Positions 31,002 to 42,501 are shown, counted from the first letter of the stretch. The stretch is 64,000 bases of DNA from Nitrospirales bacterium (GCA_963555755.3 OY820905.2:1984001-2048000); one strand, 5' to 3'. Numbers and translations: made by a program. Notes: generated by a model from the letters alone, not told the origin.

Positions 31002-32447
31002 CTACAATAGAGAGGGGGTAGGGAATTCAGAACCTAACTTCAGCGCAATAAATCTTCTGGTGTCCGTCATCACGCGGAATCGATGATCCGGTCGAAAACC
31101 AGCAACCCATACAATGCCCTCTGGAGCCACGACTAAGGGCACCTCAGAACGCCTCGTTCGGCTCAGTTTGATGTCAGAGAAAAAATCCTGAATTTTTTTC
31201 TTTTGACCATTCATCCCCAAGGGATAAAATGAGTCGCCTGATTTCCACTGACGAATCACAAGATCATGGGTAAAATGATCCGCATCGAGATACACGCAGG
31301 ATGGGTCATTTTTCCAGTTATCGGGGAGACGGTCTACCAGACAAGCCTCAAGAGTTTGACCCGTGAACGGCCAGGATAACAACCCAGGTACGGATAACGG
31401 AAGGATCGGATGAGATGGTGGCAAATGAAACGGTGTCTCGCCTTCCACCGCGCACACATGAACCTCTTTATAATCGCGACGGACTCGGATGCCATGGGAT
31501 TGAATCACGCGACCCGAAGTACTTCGATTCACTACATCCAAAATTGCTTCCACACAATCAAACGGTGGATGAACATTTGTCCGGGTCACCTGCCGGTAGA
31601 GCAATAACACCACTCTTCGCTGAATTGACCGCGGGAGTCCGGACAACGTGACCTGATTCAACACCACCCTATCGACATCAGCCTTGAGCATGACCGATGC
31701 CAGAGCTTGTGACGCTACCCGGTCAAGATATTCGGATTCCTCACGAAGAATGTTGGCCTGACGTGATAACACTTGAACAATTTTGGGATTGAATTGTTTC
31801 AGAACAGGCATCAACTCCTGACGGATACGATTACGCCTGTATTGAGGACTCGCATTACTCGAATCGATACGAAAAGACCATTGGTTCTTTTTGAGGTAGG
31901 CTACAATCTCAACACGCAATACTCCTAACAACGGTCGAATGAAGTAGGGAGCTCGAAAAGCAGGCATGCCTGATAATCCAACCGACCCAGCTCCCCTGAG
32001 CATCCACATCAGCACGGTTTCAGCTTGATCATCGCTCGTATGCCCTAGGGCTACTTTTGTGAGGTCGTGCTCATGGGCCACTTGGGTGAAAGCCGCATAC
32101 CGAAGATCACGAGCCACGGACTGGGTCGATTGGCCTTTTCGTGTTTGGATCTCCAGTTGGAGATTGAGTCGTTGCACATGGCACGGCACATCAAGCTGCT
32201 GACACAAGGTTTGAACAAAGTCCGCATCGGCTTCGCTTTCGTCGCCTCGTAACCCATGATTCATATGGATCACATGGAGAACCAAATTCAACTGTGACTG
32301 CCACGCACACAGGAGGTGCAACAAGGCCACCGAGTCGGGTCCGCCAGATACCGCAACCAAGACCCGGTCGTGTTCGTTGAGTAATTCTTGTTGACGAACC
32401 CTCGCCAAGACCTGTTGTTCAAAACGCAGGATGGGTGACATACGCAC
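31002..32447 (-). CDS. tilS: tRNA(Ile)-lysidine synthase
   Basis: AVSGGPDS, H..DDQAET, RNRIR, C-terminal TilS_C. Confidence 0.96.
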   Translation of the reverse strand: MRMSPILRFEQQVLARVRQQELLNEHDRVLVAVSGGPDSVALLHLLCAWQSQLNLVLHVIHMNHGLRGDESEADADFVQTLCQQLDVPCHVQRLNLQLEIQTRKGQSTQSVARDLRYAAFTQVAHEHDLTKVALGHTSDDQAETVLMWMLRGAGSVGLSGMPAFRAPYFIRPLLGVLRVEIVAYLKKNQWSFRIDSSNASPQYRRNRIRQELMPVLKQFNPKIVQVLSRQANILREESEYLDRVASQALASVMLKADVDRVVLNQVTLSGLPRSIQRRVVLLLYRQVTRTNVHPPFDCVEAILDVVNRSTSGRVIQSHGIRVRRDYKEVHVCAVEGETPFHLPPSHPILPLSVPGLLSWPFTGQTLEACLVDRLPDNWKNDPSCVYLDADHFTHDLVIRQWKSGDSFYPLGMNGQKKKIQDFFSDIKLSRTRRSEVPLVVAPEGIVWVAGFRPDHRFRVMTDTRRFIALKLGSEFPTPSLL

Positions 32448-32476
32448 AGCTCACAGGCGGGAAGAAATTTGCAAGG

Positions 32477-33415
32477 TCAACTCCGGGCTTTCTCTTTCTT
32501 AAACACGTCTTGCGCTACATCGATGTCCAAAGCAATTTGAGCGGCTAATTCATCGGACGACTGAAAAACCTCATCACCGCGCACATACGTGAGAAAATCG
32601 ACTTGCACGTCTTCTCCATACAATGCACAGTCTTCATCCAGTATATGGACTTCCAGTAATCGGTCGCCCTGCCCAAAAGTCGGGCGCGTCCCAATATAAC
32701 TGATCGAATTGAATGACCTCCCTTTCCAATGCAGGTTGGTCACATAGACACCATCAGGCGGAATCACTCGCCCTGCCGGCAAACGAAGATTGGCTGTTCG
32801 GCATCCCAGGGCTTGCCCACGCTGATCACCTTCAACCACCAACCCCTGCAATGAATAGGACCTCCCTAAAAATTCCCGAGCTTCTTCTATTTTACATTGC
32901 TGAATCAATTTTCGAATATGCGTTGAGCTGGCAACTTTGTCTCCGGATCCGAGCGGCTTCAGGAGATGGACTTGAAAATTTGCACGTTTTCCTAATTGGG
33001 TCAAGGTTGAAGTATTGCCAGCCCGCCCCTGTCCAAAGACAAAATGTTCCCCAACAAAGAGATCACGGACCCCCAACCCATCGCGTAAAATCGACCCCAC
33101 AAACTCTTCGGGACTCAGGGCGGAAAAAGATTTCGTAAACTCGAGAATAACCAAATGTTCCACCCCGACGGATTCAAACCACTTCAGCTTGTCTTCCGGG
33201 GTCGTCAGGAATTGAAAATCGATATTGGGATTCAAGACCTGGACAGGATGAGGATCAAAGGTCAACACCATTGGTGTTCCGCCACACTCGCGAGCCCAAT
33301 TGACCACGGTAGACAGCAGGTAGCGATGACCAAGATGTTGACCATCAAAATTGCCAATGGTTAACACGGGATGAGGAGGGAGGGGAGAGTTCGGGAGTCC
33401 TCGTGAAACCTTCAT
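32477..33415 (-). CDS. ribF: Bifunctional riboflavin kinase/FAD synthetase
   Basis: [34 protein letters not shown]. Confidence 0.96.
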   Translation of the reverse strand: MKVSRGLPNSPLPPHPVLTIGNFDGQHLGHRYLLSTVVNWARECGGTPMVLTFDPHPVQVLNPNIDFQFLTTPEDKLKWFESVGVEHLVILEFTKSFSALSPEEFVGSILRDGLGVRDLFVGEHFVFGQGRAGNTSTLTQLGKRANFQVHLLKPLGSGDKVASSTHIRKLIQQCKIEEAREFLGRSYSLQGLVVEGDQRGQALGCRTANLRLPAGRVIPPDGVYVTNLHWKGRSFNSISYIGTRPTFGQGDRLLEVHILDEDCALYGEDVQVDFLTYVRGDEVFQSSDELAAQIALDIDVAQDVFKKEKARS

Positions 33416-34395
33416 GTGCGCCAGCTGTCGAGGGCCTGCGCCGCATCCTTGGCAAAATAGGTGAGAATGAGATCCGCCCCGGCTCGCTTAATGGACAACA
33501 GAGTTTCAAGCATCACACTGGATTCATCGATCCACCCTTGCTGAGAAGCCGCTTTGATCATGCTGTACTCCCCGCTAACTTGATAAGCTGCGATAGGAAC
33601 GGAGACATGTAATCGCGACTGTGCAATCACATCCAGGTAGGGAAGCGCCGGCTTGACCATCACAATGTCGGCCCCCTCCTCCACATCAAGTTCAACTTCG
33701 CGAATGGCTTCACGGACGTTGGCCGGATCCATTTGATACGTTCGCCGATCTCCAAACGCTGGGCTGGAGTCCGCTGCTTCACGAAACGGAGCATATAAAC
33801 TCGACGCATACTTCGCAGCATAGGCCATGATGGGAAGGTCGGGAAACCCCGCTTGATCCAATTCATCGCGGATGGCCCCGACGCGACCATCCATCATGTC
33901 AGACGGGGCAACCATGTCGACACCCGCCTCCGCATGCGTTCGCGCCATTGACCGCAAACATTCAAGCGTTTCATCATTGAGAATCCGGCCATCTTTCACA
34001 ATGCCACAATGCCCATGGTCCGTATATTCATCAATGCACACATCCGTGATGACGAGGAGGTCCGGTATTTGACTTTTGAGTGCCCGAACCGCTTGCTGAA
34101 CAATGCCATCAGGATCATATGCGGAGGTTCCCCGAGCATCTTTTCGATCAGGAATGCCGAAGAGCATGATCGCAAGGATACCTAATTGATGAGCCTCAAA
34201 CGCCTCTTTGACTAGCAAATCAATAGACCACCGGAATTGGCCCGGCATGGAACTGATCGGAATCTGTTGATTTTGGCCGACAGTGACAAACAGCGGATAA
34301 ATAAAATCATCCGGCGACAGACTGGTTTCTCGAACCAGACGACGCATGGATTCATGCTGTCGTAGCCTGCGCATACGCTGTCGAGGAAAGGCCAT
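33412..34395 (-). CDS. hemB: Porphobilinogen synthase
   Basis: [35 protein letters not shown]. Confidence 0.97.
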   Translation of the reverse strand: MAFPRQRMRRLRQHESMRRLVRETSLSPDDFIYPLFVTVGQNQQIPISSMPGQFRWSIDLLVKEAFEAHQLGILAIMLFGIPDRKDARGTSAYDPDGIVQQAVRALKSQIPDLLVITDVCIDEYTDHGHCGIVKDGRILNDETLECLRSMARTHAEAGVDMVAPSDMMDGRVGAIRDELDQAGFPDLPIMAYAAKYASSLYAPFREAADSSPAFGDRRTYQMDPANVREAIREVELDVEEGADIVMVKPALPYLDVIAQSRLHVSVPIAAYQVSGEYSMIKAASQQGWIDESSVMLETLLSIKRAGADLILTYFAKDAAQALDSWRT

Positions 34396-34491
34396 AATGG
34401 TGTTGTCCTAAGTACGACCGGGATCCGATTGCTATGCGGTTTTTGTATAGAACCACCTTGTGTGGACAGGAGTCCCGATATTATCTGGAGG

Positions 34492-34887
34492 TTATTTCCG
34501 GGGAAGGTTCGTCAGAAACACCACAAGGTCTCGCACAGAAATCATGCCAACTAATTTTCCACCCTGGCCGGAAACCCCTAAATGCCGAACGTGCTCTTTT
34601 GCCATCACATCATTGGCATCGAGGAGCGTTTTATTTTCATCAATGGTCTTGATGGGGGCCGACATAATTTGCTCTACAGTGGTCTGGTTAGGATCCAACC
34701 CGGCGGCGACCAGACGTCTCAGCAAATCAGTATCAGTAAGAATCCCAATAATTTTCCCATCACGGGTGACAAAAATACTCCCAATCCCACTATCACGCAT
34801 GGTTTCCACAGCCTTGCGGACATTCACATCTCGATCAATTGTGATGAACTTCTCAGCCGGAACCATAAAAGATTTCACGGGAACCAT
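34492..34887 (-). CDS. CBS-domain pair protein
   Basis: IIGILTDTDL and LVGMISVRDL CBS motifs. Confidence 0.9.
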   Translation of the reverse strand: MVPVKSFMVPAEKFITIDRDVNVRKAVETMRDSGIGSIFVTRDGKIIGILTDTDLLRRLVAAGLDPNQTTVEQIMSAPIKTIDENKTLLDANDVMAKEHVRHLGVSGQGGKLVGMISVRDLVVFLTNLPRK

Positions 34888-34975
34888 AGATCTCTCCTTC
34901 GTTTAACCCATAAATGTTTTGCATCCTTCTTTGCCCAGAATGTGACTGCCTACTCCCCACGCGGAAAGCGTGCAA

Positions 34976-36532
34976 TCAAACCGTTGCCTGAACCGACTGT
35001 TGCCGATACGCCACCAGCGCCTCGACCAACGCAGGAATGGTATTTTGCCCGGCAACCACATCAACTTGCAATCCCTGCTCTCGAACGGTTTCGGCGGTAA
35101 TCGGCCCAATACACCCAATCATGGTGTGTTGGAGAATTTTTTTCAATTCCCCGCCTCCTCCAAACAATTCCACAAAATTTCGCACCGTGGATGAACTCGC
35201 AAACGTGACCATCTCGATTCCCTGGGAGAGAAACCGTGCTTTGATGTCATCGATTGCAGAATGAGGAACCACGGTTTGATACACCGGGACAACCTGAACC
35301 TCCGCTCCCACGCAGCGCAACTCTTCAGGCAGAATTTCACGAGCCTGTGCCGCACGAGCAATGAGCACACGTTGGCCAGCCACCCCAGCCTTTTTCATTT
35401 CATCCAGAACCCCCTCGGCTTGATATTGCGAAGGGATCAAGTCGGCTTTCACACCAAATTTTTCCAATTCTTGGGCAGTCCGAGGCCCAATACAACACAC
35501 TCGCACTCCCTGAAGACTTCGGGCATCTCGACCCTTGTACCACAAACGACGCATGAAATGTTGGACTCCATTCACACTCGTCAAGACCAGCCACTGATAG
35601 GTGTCCAGGCATGCAATGGCCTCATCGACATCTTCCCAACTTTCTGGGGGAACAAATTCGATTGTGGGACATTCCACCGGTTCCCCTCCATATGCCAGCA
35701 AGAGCTGAGAAAGCTCAGATGCTTGACTGCGAGCGCGAGTAACCAAAATCCGAGTTCCAAACAAGGGGCGGGATTCAAACCAATTCAGGTTTTTTCGCAA
35801 CGGAACCACGGCCCCAATGACAATAATAGTCGGCGGTTGAATATTCACGGCCTCAGCCCGCTCCACAATATCTGCCAATGTCCCGACCACTGTCCGTTGC
35901 TTGGGATAGGTTCCCCATTGAATAAGCGCCACCGGGGTGTCCGAGGATTTTCCTTCTTCGGTCAACCGGCGAACGATCGTGGGTAAATTCTTCGCCCCCA
36001 TGAGAAACACGAGAGTCCCATCGACAGTGGCTAACCGTGGCCACTCGAGAACACTTCCTCCCTTGCTGGGATCTTCATGACCCGTCACAAAGGTTACCGT
36101 CGAAGCCATGGTGCGATGCGTCACCGGAATCCCTGCATAGGCTGGCACGGCCACCGCTGAGGTAACCCCAGGAACCACTTCAAAGGGCACCGATTGCTCA
36201 GCCATCATCTCAGCTTCTTCCCCCCCTCGTCCGAATATAAATGGGTCTCCGCCCTTCAAGCGAACCACCTGTTTCCCTTCTTGGACTTTCTGAATCAACA
36301 GACGATGAATTTCCTCTTGAGGCCGATACGCCCCACGACCACAGCGTCCCACATAAATTCGCTCCGCATGAGCGGGGGCATAGTCTAAGAGCACAGGATT
36401 GGCTAAATGGTCATAGAGCACGACATCCGCCTGTTCCAGGCAGGTTTTCCCTCTGATAGTCAGTAATCCCGGATCACCAGGCCCTGCCCCAACTAAATAG
36501 ACTTTTCCTTTTTTCATGCCAATCCTGTTCAC
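34976..36532 (-). CDS. cobA: Uroporphyrinogen-III C-methyltransferase/synthase fusion (CobA-HemD)
   Basis: VGAGPGDPGLLT, RLKGGDP.IFGRGGEE; C-terminal LTSVNGV, FASSSTV, CIGP.TA. Confidence 0.95.
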   Translation of the reverse strand: MNRIGMKKGKVYLVGAGPGDPGLLTIRGKTCLEQADVVLYDHLANPVLLDYAPAHAERIYVGRCGRGAYRPQEEIHRLLIQKVQEGKQVVRLKGGDPFIFGRGGEEAEMMAEQSVPFEVVPGVTSAVAVPAYAGIPVTHRTMASTVTFVTGHEDPSKGGSVLEWPRLATVDGTLVFLMGAKNLPTIVRRLTEEGKSSDTPVALIQWGTYPKQRTVVGTLADIVERAEAVNIQPPTIIVIGAVVPLRKNLNWFESRPLFGTRILVTRARSQASELSQLLLAYGGEPVECPTIEFVPPESWEDVDEAIACLDTYQWLVLTSVNGVQHFMRRLWYKGRDARSLQGVRVCCIGPRTAQELEKFGVKADLIPSQYQAEGVLDEMKKAGVAGQRVLIARAAQAREILPEELRCVGAEVQVVPVYQTVVPHSAIDDIKARFLSQGIEMVTFASSSTVRNFVELFGGGGELKKILQHTMIGCIGPITAETVREQGLQVDVVAGQNTIPALVEALVAYRQQSVQATV

Positions 36533-37476
36533 GCACGACCGTAAATTTCGTTTAAAATTTTATCACCGCCTGCCTCCAAAATTCGCTCTGCTAAGGCAAC
36601 ACCCAAGGACTCAGCCTCATCAACGGAGCCATGAATCACATCACGAATGATCTGTTGCCCATCGACACTGGCGACAAGTCCATGAAGTGTCAACATCGAC
36701 CCTTCCAGGATCGCATGGCCAGCAATGGGAACCTGGCATCCACCTTCCAATCGAGCTAAAAAGGCTCGCTCCGCAGTTACGGTTGAACGCGACGGGGAAT
36801 CATTGAGAGGCTGCAACAGGTTCTGAATAAACGTATCCTCGGACCGCCCTTCAATACCCAGCGCTCCCTGGCCTACAGCCGGAAGACTGATATCCGTGGA
36901 AAGACATTCTGTGATCTGGTCAGCCCATCCCAAACGTTTTAACCCTGAGGCCGCGAGCACGATGGCATCAAATTGACCTTCACGAAGTTTTCGCACTCGG
37001 GTGTCCAGATTGCCACGCAACATCTTAATGGATAAGTCTGGTCGTTGAGCCAGAAACTGAGCTTGCCGTCGAAGACTGCTGGTTCCAACATTCGCTGATG
37101 GTGGGAGCTCGTGAAACGACCGGCCATCACGACTCAATAAGGCATCACGCGGATCTTCACGTTGCGGAACACAGTGGATGGCCAACCCCTCAGGCAAAAC
37201 AGACGGCACATCTTTCATGCTATGGACGGCCAGGTCAATATCCTTTCTCAGTAAGGCTTCTTCAATTTCTTTGATAAATAAGGCTTTTCCACCAATCTTG
37301 GCCAAGGGAACATCCAGGATCTTATCTCCACTGGTTTGAATCCGTTCCAGCCGAATCGAAAGATGTGGCGCAATCTCATGAAGACGGGCCTGCACCCATT
37401 CAGCTTGCCAAACGGCCAGTTGACTGGCCCGTGTCCCAATCACCAACGATGTCCGGGTACCGTTTTCCGAACTCAC
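36529..37476 (-). CDS. hemC: Porphobilinogen deaminase
   Basis: IGTRASQLA.WQ, AVHSMKD, GTSSLRR, EGGCQVP. Confidence 0.97.
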   Translation of the reverse strand: MSSENGTRTSLVIGTRASQLAVWQAEWVQARLHEIAPHLSIRLERIQTSGDKILDVPLAKIGGKALFIKEIEEALLRKDIDLAVHSMKDVPSVLPEGLAIHCVPQREDPRDALLSRDGRSFHELPPSANVGTSSLRRQAQFLAQRPDLSIKMLRGNLDTRVRKLREGQFDAIVLAASGLKRLGWADQITECLSTDISLPAVGQGALGIEGRSEDTFIQNLLQPLNDSPSRSTVTAERAFLARLEGGCQVPIAGHAILEGSMLTLHGLVASVDGQQIIRDVIHGSVDEAESLGVALAERILEAGGDKILNEIYGRA

Positions 37477-37528
37477 TCATTCTCCTCAGCCAGAACCTCA
37501 TTAACCATTTCAACAGGAATCCTTTTTA

Positions 37529-37669
37529 GGGCACCTCTAAAAACCGTCCTTTTTCGTGATGGCGGCGTCAGTCGCGTGCTCAAATCCTCATGTATTCGCC
37601 CATACACTCCGGTTTTCCGCGCGCGGCTTCCTTGCCCTCACAAAAAATGCCGGGTTTTTAGAGGTGCCC
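37529..37669. mobile_element. MITE-like family A (141 bp) between hemA and hemC
   Basis: 17-bp TIR GGGCACCTCTAAAAACC; 4-bp duplication TTTA/TTTA. Confidence 0.9.
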
Positions 37670-37675
37670 TTTAAT

Positions 37676-39076
37676 CTATCCCTTGGCCTCATGGGAGAAT
37701 TTGGGCTTATCGACATGCTGCACATTCTTTTGATCACTTGCCGATTTCACCGTTTCAGACGCCACACTAGATGAACTCAGTTGATCGTCTTCTTCCGATG
37801 CTTCTTCGCCAGAATCAAGATCATAAAAACGGCGGGCCGCATCAATATAGATCGCGCCATTGGAGGATTGGGCCACGGACTTCAGCGTCACTACCGACCC
37901 ATGAATCAATTTATTCACGATGCTCGAGGCTAACCCTTCAATCGTTTCACGATCTTGATCTGACAATGTACTCAACCGACCGAGGGCTTTATCGAGTTCA
38001 GCCTGCTTAATATCTTCCGCCCGCTTTCGTAAGGCTACAATAGTGGGAGTTGCGACAAGCGTTTGTAGCCACTTTTGGATGACAGCGACTTCTTCTTGTG
38101 CAATGGCCTCGGCTTTGACGGATTCGGCTCGTCGTTCTTCCCTATTCTGCTCCACGTGCATTTCCAGATCATCAATATCAAAGAGAAAGGCGTTATCCAC
38201 CTCACGCACCGCCGGATCGATGTTTCTCGGAACGGACACATCAATGAGAAAAATGGGTCTATTCATCCGCTCACGTACCGCTCGTTGCACATCTTCCGCA
38301 CTAATTAAATAATGAGAGGCTCCCGTGGAACAGATAACGATGTCAGCCTTAGCCATTTCGCTCCGAAACTCTTCAAAAGGAATCGGGGAACCTTGAAACC
38401 GATCGGCCATGGTACGCGCACGAACCGGATCACGTGTCGTGAGCAGAACCTGCCGGACACCATGATTGATTAAATGCTTGGCCGCCAGCTTGGCCATCTC
38501 GCCGGCTCCAACAAGCATCACGGTCCGAGCCGATAAATTCCCAAACACCTTCTTGGCTAACTCGACTGCCGCATAGCTGACGGACACGGCATTTTCTGCA
38601 ATGCGCGTTTCGCTCCGCACTCGCTTGGCAACAGAAATGGCCTTTTGAACGAGTTTATTGAGGATAACTCCACTGGTGTTGTGGGTTAGGGCGGACCGAA
38701 ACGCATCTTTGACTTGCCCCAAAATTTGCGGCTCCCCCACGACCATAGAGTCCAAACTTGCCGTCACGCGAAACAAATGGGCAATAGTCCGATCACCGGA
38801 ATACCAGTACAAATGTGGCAGCAGTTGTTCAGCAGAAAGCGAAAGGTGCGAATTAACAAGAAACTCCTGAACCGCAGAAAACCCTGATTCAACCTGATCG
38901 ACGACTGCATACACTTCAACGCGATTGCAGGTTTGAAGCAACATGCCTTCCTTCACGCCCGAATATGTCATGAGTCTCTTTAACGCTTCACCCATCCGAC
39001 TATCGGGCACAGCCAATAATTCCCGAAGTTCTACGGGCGCCGTTTTGTGGGATAGTCCGACCGTAATGATATGCAT
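37676..39076 (-). CDS. hemA: Glutamyl-tRNA reductase
   Basis: GLSHKTAPVELRE, TCNRVE, LDSMVVGEPQILGQ, GAGEM; start MHIIT overlaps the ccsA stop. Confidence 0.97.
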   Translation of the reverse strand: MHIITVGLSHKTAPVELRELLAVPDSRMGEALKRLMTYSGVKEGMLLQTCNRVEVYAVVDQVESGFSAVQEFLVNSHLSLSAEQLLPHLYWYSGDRTIAHLFRVTASLDSMVVGEPQILGQVKDAFRSALTHNTSGVILNKLVQKAISVAKRVRSETRIAENAVSVSYAAVELAKKVFGNLSARTVMLVGAGEMAKLAAKHLINHGVRQVLLTTRDPVRARTMADRFQGSPIPFEEFRSEMAKADIVICSTGASHYLISAEDVQRAVRERMNRPIFLIDVSVPRNIDPAVREVDNAFLFDIDDLEMHVEQNREERRAESVKAEAIAQEEVAVIQKWLQTLVATPTIVALRKRAEDIKQAELDKALGRLSTLSDQDRETIEGLASSIVNKLIHGSVVTLKSVAQSSNGAIYIDAARRFYDLDSGEEASEEDDQLSSSSVASETVKSASDQKNVQHVDKPKFSHEAKG

Positions 39077-39882
39077 CAGCTGACCGAGACCCCGCTGCTT
39101 TTCAGAATGACGCCAAGAAAGGTGAGAAGCACCCCGGCAAACCCGACGATGGTTAAATATGCCGCTTTTTTGGCCCTCCATCCAACGGTCACCCGCCCCA
39201 TTAACACGAATAAATAAAACACCCACGTGACTACAGCCCATGTTTGCTCAGGGTTCCAGCTCAAATAGGCGCCCAACGTAATCTGGGCGGAGATCGCACC
39301 CGTCAAAATGCCAAGTGTTAAAAAGGGAAAGCCAAGTAAAATGGACCGCTGGTTGAGCTTGTCTAAAAAGTCCAAGGGAGGCAGCTTGAAGTACAGCACG
39401 TTAAATTGCTTGGACTTGAGCAATCGTTCTTGCATCAAATACATCAGCCCCGCGACAAAAGCCACCGCAAACCCCACCGTTCCCAACATGCTCAGCGTGA
39501 CATGGACCCATACCGCCTGAAACATGGGATGCAGGACCGGAGCTTCCGTAGGAAGAATCGCAGTAGACACTAACGAGAGAAAAGCCAAGGGCAGGATAAA
39601 CGACCCAAGGACATACAGGTGCTGTCGAATTGCCACAACCAGGAACACCAACACAAGAGACCAGGAAAAAAATGACATAGCCTTGTGAAAGGTCACCCAT
39701 TTCAAATCGTCTCCCGACAACAGTTGAAACGCTAATGCAATCGTATGCGTGAAAAACCCGAGTCCAGCCAAACCTAGGGCGATTTTGGAAAGAACTTCGG
39801 AACGTCGATCCAAGCATACCAAAAACATGACCGTCCCGAGGAAATACAACCCCAAAGTCAGTTGGAAAAATACAACCGTCAT
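39076..39882 (-). CDS. ccsA: Cytochrome c assembly family protein (CcsA/HemX-like)
   Basis: Multi-TM, WVHVTLS, GILTGAI.A...W.P.QTW; directly upstream of hemA. Confidence 0.8.
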   Translation of the reverse strand: MTVVFFQLTLGLYFLGTVMFLVCLDRRSEVLSKIALGLAGLGFFTHTIALAFQLLSGDDLKWVTFHKAMSFFSWSLVLVFLVVAIRQHLYVLGSFILPLAFLSLVSTAILPTEAPVLHPMFQAVWVHVTLSMLGTVGFAVAFVAGLMYLMQERLLKSKQFNVLYFKLPPLDFLDKLNQRSILLGFPFLTLGILTGAISAQITLGAYLSWNPEQTWAVVTWVFYLFVLMGRVTVGWRAKKAAYLTIVGFAGVLLTFLGVILKSSGVSVS

Positions 39883-40042
39883 GATTGCGAATACCCTTGA
39901 AAAAGTCCTAAAAACCCAGATTGGAAGTATAGATAGGCCTTATAAAGAGGTCAAGGAAATGGCATGTCCGCTAGAGGGTGATGATCGAGAAAAAGAATGG
40001 GAGTGAGGTGTTGCAACGGACCTTGAAATACACAAAGGGGAG

Positions 40043-40170
40043 AAATCCTAAGCACGAAATCCGAAACAAATTCCAATGCTCAAAATCCCAATGTCCCAAA
40101 TTTGACCGAAAGGTTTGGAATTTTGGGCATTTGAATGTTGAATGTGTTTGAGATTTGGTGCTTCGAATTT
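40043..40170. repeat. AT-rich heptamer/inverted repeat element
   Basis: AAATCCT-AAGCACG-AAATCCG-AAACAAA arm and complementary arm. Confidence 0.6.
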
Positions 40171-40239
40171 TGTGTTTTCCGTCATCTGACCCATTTAAGG
40201 CTTTAGACAGATGGACAACATGACCATTCAATTGAAAAA

Positions 40240-41025
40240 CTATCCTCCTGAACCTGCTGTCGCTCCACCACAGACATTAATGGCTTGGCCTGAAATGGCT
40301 GCAGCCATAGGCGAACAAAGAAACAGGACAGTGGATGCTATCTCATCAACCTTCGCCATACGTTTGATTGGCACAGCCGCAATGGCTTGGGTTCGAAAAT
40401 CCTCTATCGACATGCCCAAGACTGCAGCGGTTTCTTCAATTCCTTGACGAGCCATGGCCGTATCCACCCAAGTCGGGCATACCGCATTGACCGTAATCCC
40501 TCGATGAGCCACTTCAAGGGCAATGGCCTTAGTAAAACCAATGATGCCATGTTTGGCCGTGCAATAGGCTGCATAGCCTGGTACACCGAATCGCCCAAGG
40601 ACCGACGAGAGATTGATGATTCGGCCATAGCCAGGGCCTTTCATATGTGGCAACACAATTTTCGAACAAAGGTAGGACCCCGTGAGATTAACTTGAATAA
40701 TGTTGGACCAGCGAGAATCATCAGGATCGTCAATAGGTGTTCGGCCAGACACCCCTGCATTGTTAACAAGAATATCGATCTGCCCCCATTCTGCGACAAT
40801 GGCCGAAACCACTCGTTCCAGATCCTGACGATTGGTCACATCCGCAGTGACGCCCATGGCGGAAGCTCCTAAGGCCTTCAATTCTCCAACCGTTTCTTCA
40901 AGAGGTTCAGCCCGCCGCCCACAAATACCGATGCGAACCCCCTGCCCGGCTAAGGCTTTAGCGATTCCACATCCAATTCCAACTCCCCCTCCTGTTATCA
41001 AAGCCACACGATCCTGTAACAGCAT
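40240..41025 (-). CDS. SDR family oxidoreductase
   Basis: TGGGVGIG, NNAG, YCTAK, NAVCP. Confidence 0.93.
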   Translation of the reverse strand: MLLQDRVALITGGGVGIGCGIAKALAGQGVRIGICGRRAEPLEETVGELKALGASAMGVTADVTNRQDLERVVSAIVAEWGQIDILVNNAGVSGRTPIDDPDDSRWSNIIQVNLTGSYLCSKIVLPHMKGPGYGRIINLSSVLGRFGVPGYAAYCTAKHGIIGFTKAIALEVAHRGITVNAVCPTWVDTAMARQGIEETAAVLGMSIEDFRTQAIAAVPIKRMAKVDEIASTVLFLCSPMAAAISGQAINVCGGATAGSGG

Positions 41026-41054
41026 TTAGTCTTCCCTTCTGCGTTTCGGCTATT

Positions 41055-41197
41055 GGGGATGTTAAAAAATGGCGTCAGCGGCGTTCTCGGCCCTTTATCG
41101 TGCCCACGTACTCGCGGACCCTCCGCGCGCCAAAGCGCCTGCAGCCTTGCTGATCGCGCCCCCCGCCTCCGCGAGGGCATGCTTTTTGAACATCCCC
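41055..41197. mobile_element. MITE-like family E
   Basis: TIR GGGGATGTT.AAAAA; six copies in window. Confidence 0.8.
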
Positions 41198-41356
41198 AAT
41201 TGTTCGATATGGACGCGCACGGCGATTTTTTCACCCTTCGCTGTCCCTATTCCACTTGATTATTAGGCACCCTCGATAATTATTGGCATCCGTCACATGA
41301 CTTTTTCCTCCAGACCTCAGTAGAATGGGCCAATATCATACAACAAAGGAAAAATA

Positions 41357-42076
41357 ATGAGTGGCACACTGTACATCGTTAGCACCCCAATCGGAAACCT
41401 CGAGGATTTTTCCTATCGGGCACACCGTATTCTCCAAGAAGTCAGCATTATCGCGGCAGAAGACACGAGGCATACTCAAAAACTTTGTGGTCATTATGGA
41501 ATTACGACCACACTGACGAGTTATCACGACTTTAACAAAGAACACAAAACACCGGTGCTTTTGGAAAAACTTCAGGGAGGACAATCAGTCGCGTTAGTTT
41601 CTGATGCAGGAACCCCTTTAATCTCTGATCCGGGATACTACCTCTTGACTCATGCTATTGCCGAAGATATTCCAATTGTGCCAATTCCCGGCCCCTCCGC
41701 TATTCTGGCAGCACTGACCGCATCGGGCTTACCGACAGACGCCTTTCGCTACGAGGGGTTTTTACCCAAAAAATCAGGGGCCCGCTCTCGAATGCTACAA
41801 ACCTTAGCGGAGGAGCCCCGAACCATCATCCTCTTCGAGACACCCCACCGTATTAAAGCGACATTATCTGAAATACAAGAAATTTTTGGAAATCGTCAAT
41901 TAACTATGGCCCGCGAGTTGACCAAAACTTATGAGGAATTTATTCGAGGAAGTGCCGAGGACATTTTGGCAAGGTACGGAACTCAAACGCCTCGAGGGGA
42001 AATAACGCTGGTTATTGCAGGCAGGCCAAAAACGAAAAGGCAATCAAAAAGGAACATGGCCGTTAAGGGCCTGTAA
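41357..42076 (+). CDS. rsmI: 16S rRNA C1402 2'-O-methyltransferase
   Basis: TPIGNLED, AAEDTR, LVSDAGTP.ISDPG, RELTK.YEE. Confidence 0.96.
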   Translation: MSGTLYIVSTPIGNLEDFSYRAHRILQEVSIIAAEDTRHTQKLCGHYGITTTLTSYHDFNKEHKTPVLLEKLQGGQSVALVSDAGTPLISDPGYYLLTHAIAEDIPIVPIPGPSAILAALTASGLPTDAFRYEGFLPKKSGARSRMLQTLAEEPRTIILFETPHRIKATLSEIQEIFGNRQLTMARELTKTYEEFIRGSAEDILARYGTQTPRGEITLVIAGRPKTKRQSKRNMAVKGL

Positions 42077-42243
42077 AAAAATAACTTGGACATCTCGCAT
42101 CCCATCTTCGAGCCATCTTTGAACGCGCCTCAATCGAAAAACCTCAACAGAGGCATACTATGCCTCGACTTTTTCTCAATCGTTACGTCCAAATCCAACC
42201 CAAATCTGGGCACGATTTTGTCCAAGATATTTTTTCACAGGCC

Positions 42244-42489
42244 CTAATCCTCACCTTTCTGAATCACCACTCGATAGCTTGCCCCAAGTTGATCCTGAGT
42301 GAGAATGGTATGTCCTTCATTTTTTACGCTTTGAGGAACATTCCTTATTGGTTCCCCATCATCTAAAATCACCGCTAAAATTTCCCCTGCAGACATCGTA
42401 TCCAATTTCAATTTCGTTTTAACAAAATTGTACGGACAAATTACACCCCGCAAGTCTAACTCAACCTGGGCTTCAATCTTTTGATTCAT
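42244..42489 (-). CDS. tusA: TusA family sulfur carrier
   Basis: LDLRGVICPY. Confidence 0.85.
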   Translation of the reverse strand: MNQKIEAQVELDLRGVICPYNFVKTKLKLDTMSAGEILAVILDDGEPIRNVPQSVKNEGHTILTQDQLGASYRVVIQKGED

Positions 42490-42501
42490 GACTCAGGTTC
42501 C

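Noticed and set aside
37676..39241. N-terminal extensions in the ORF track for hemA, the ECF sigma, the thioredoxin protein, DedA and the ligase
   Set aside because: They overlap upstream genes or MITEs; downstream starts fit family lengths and RBS positions better.
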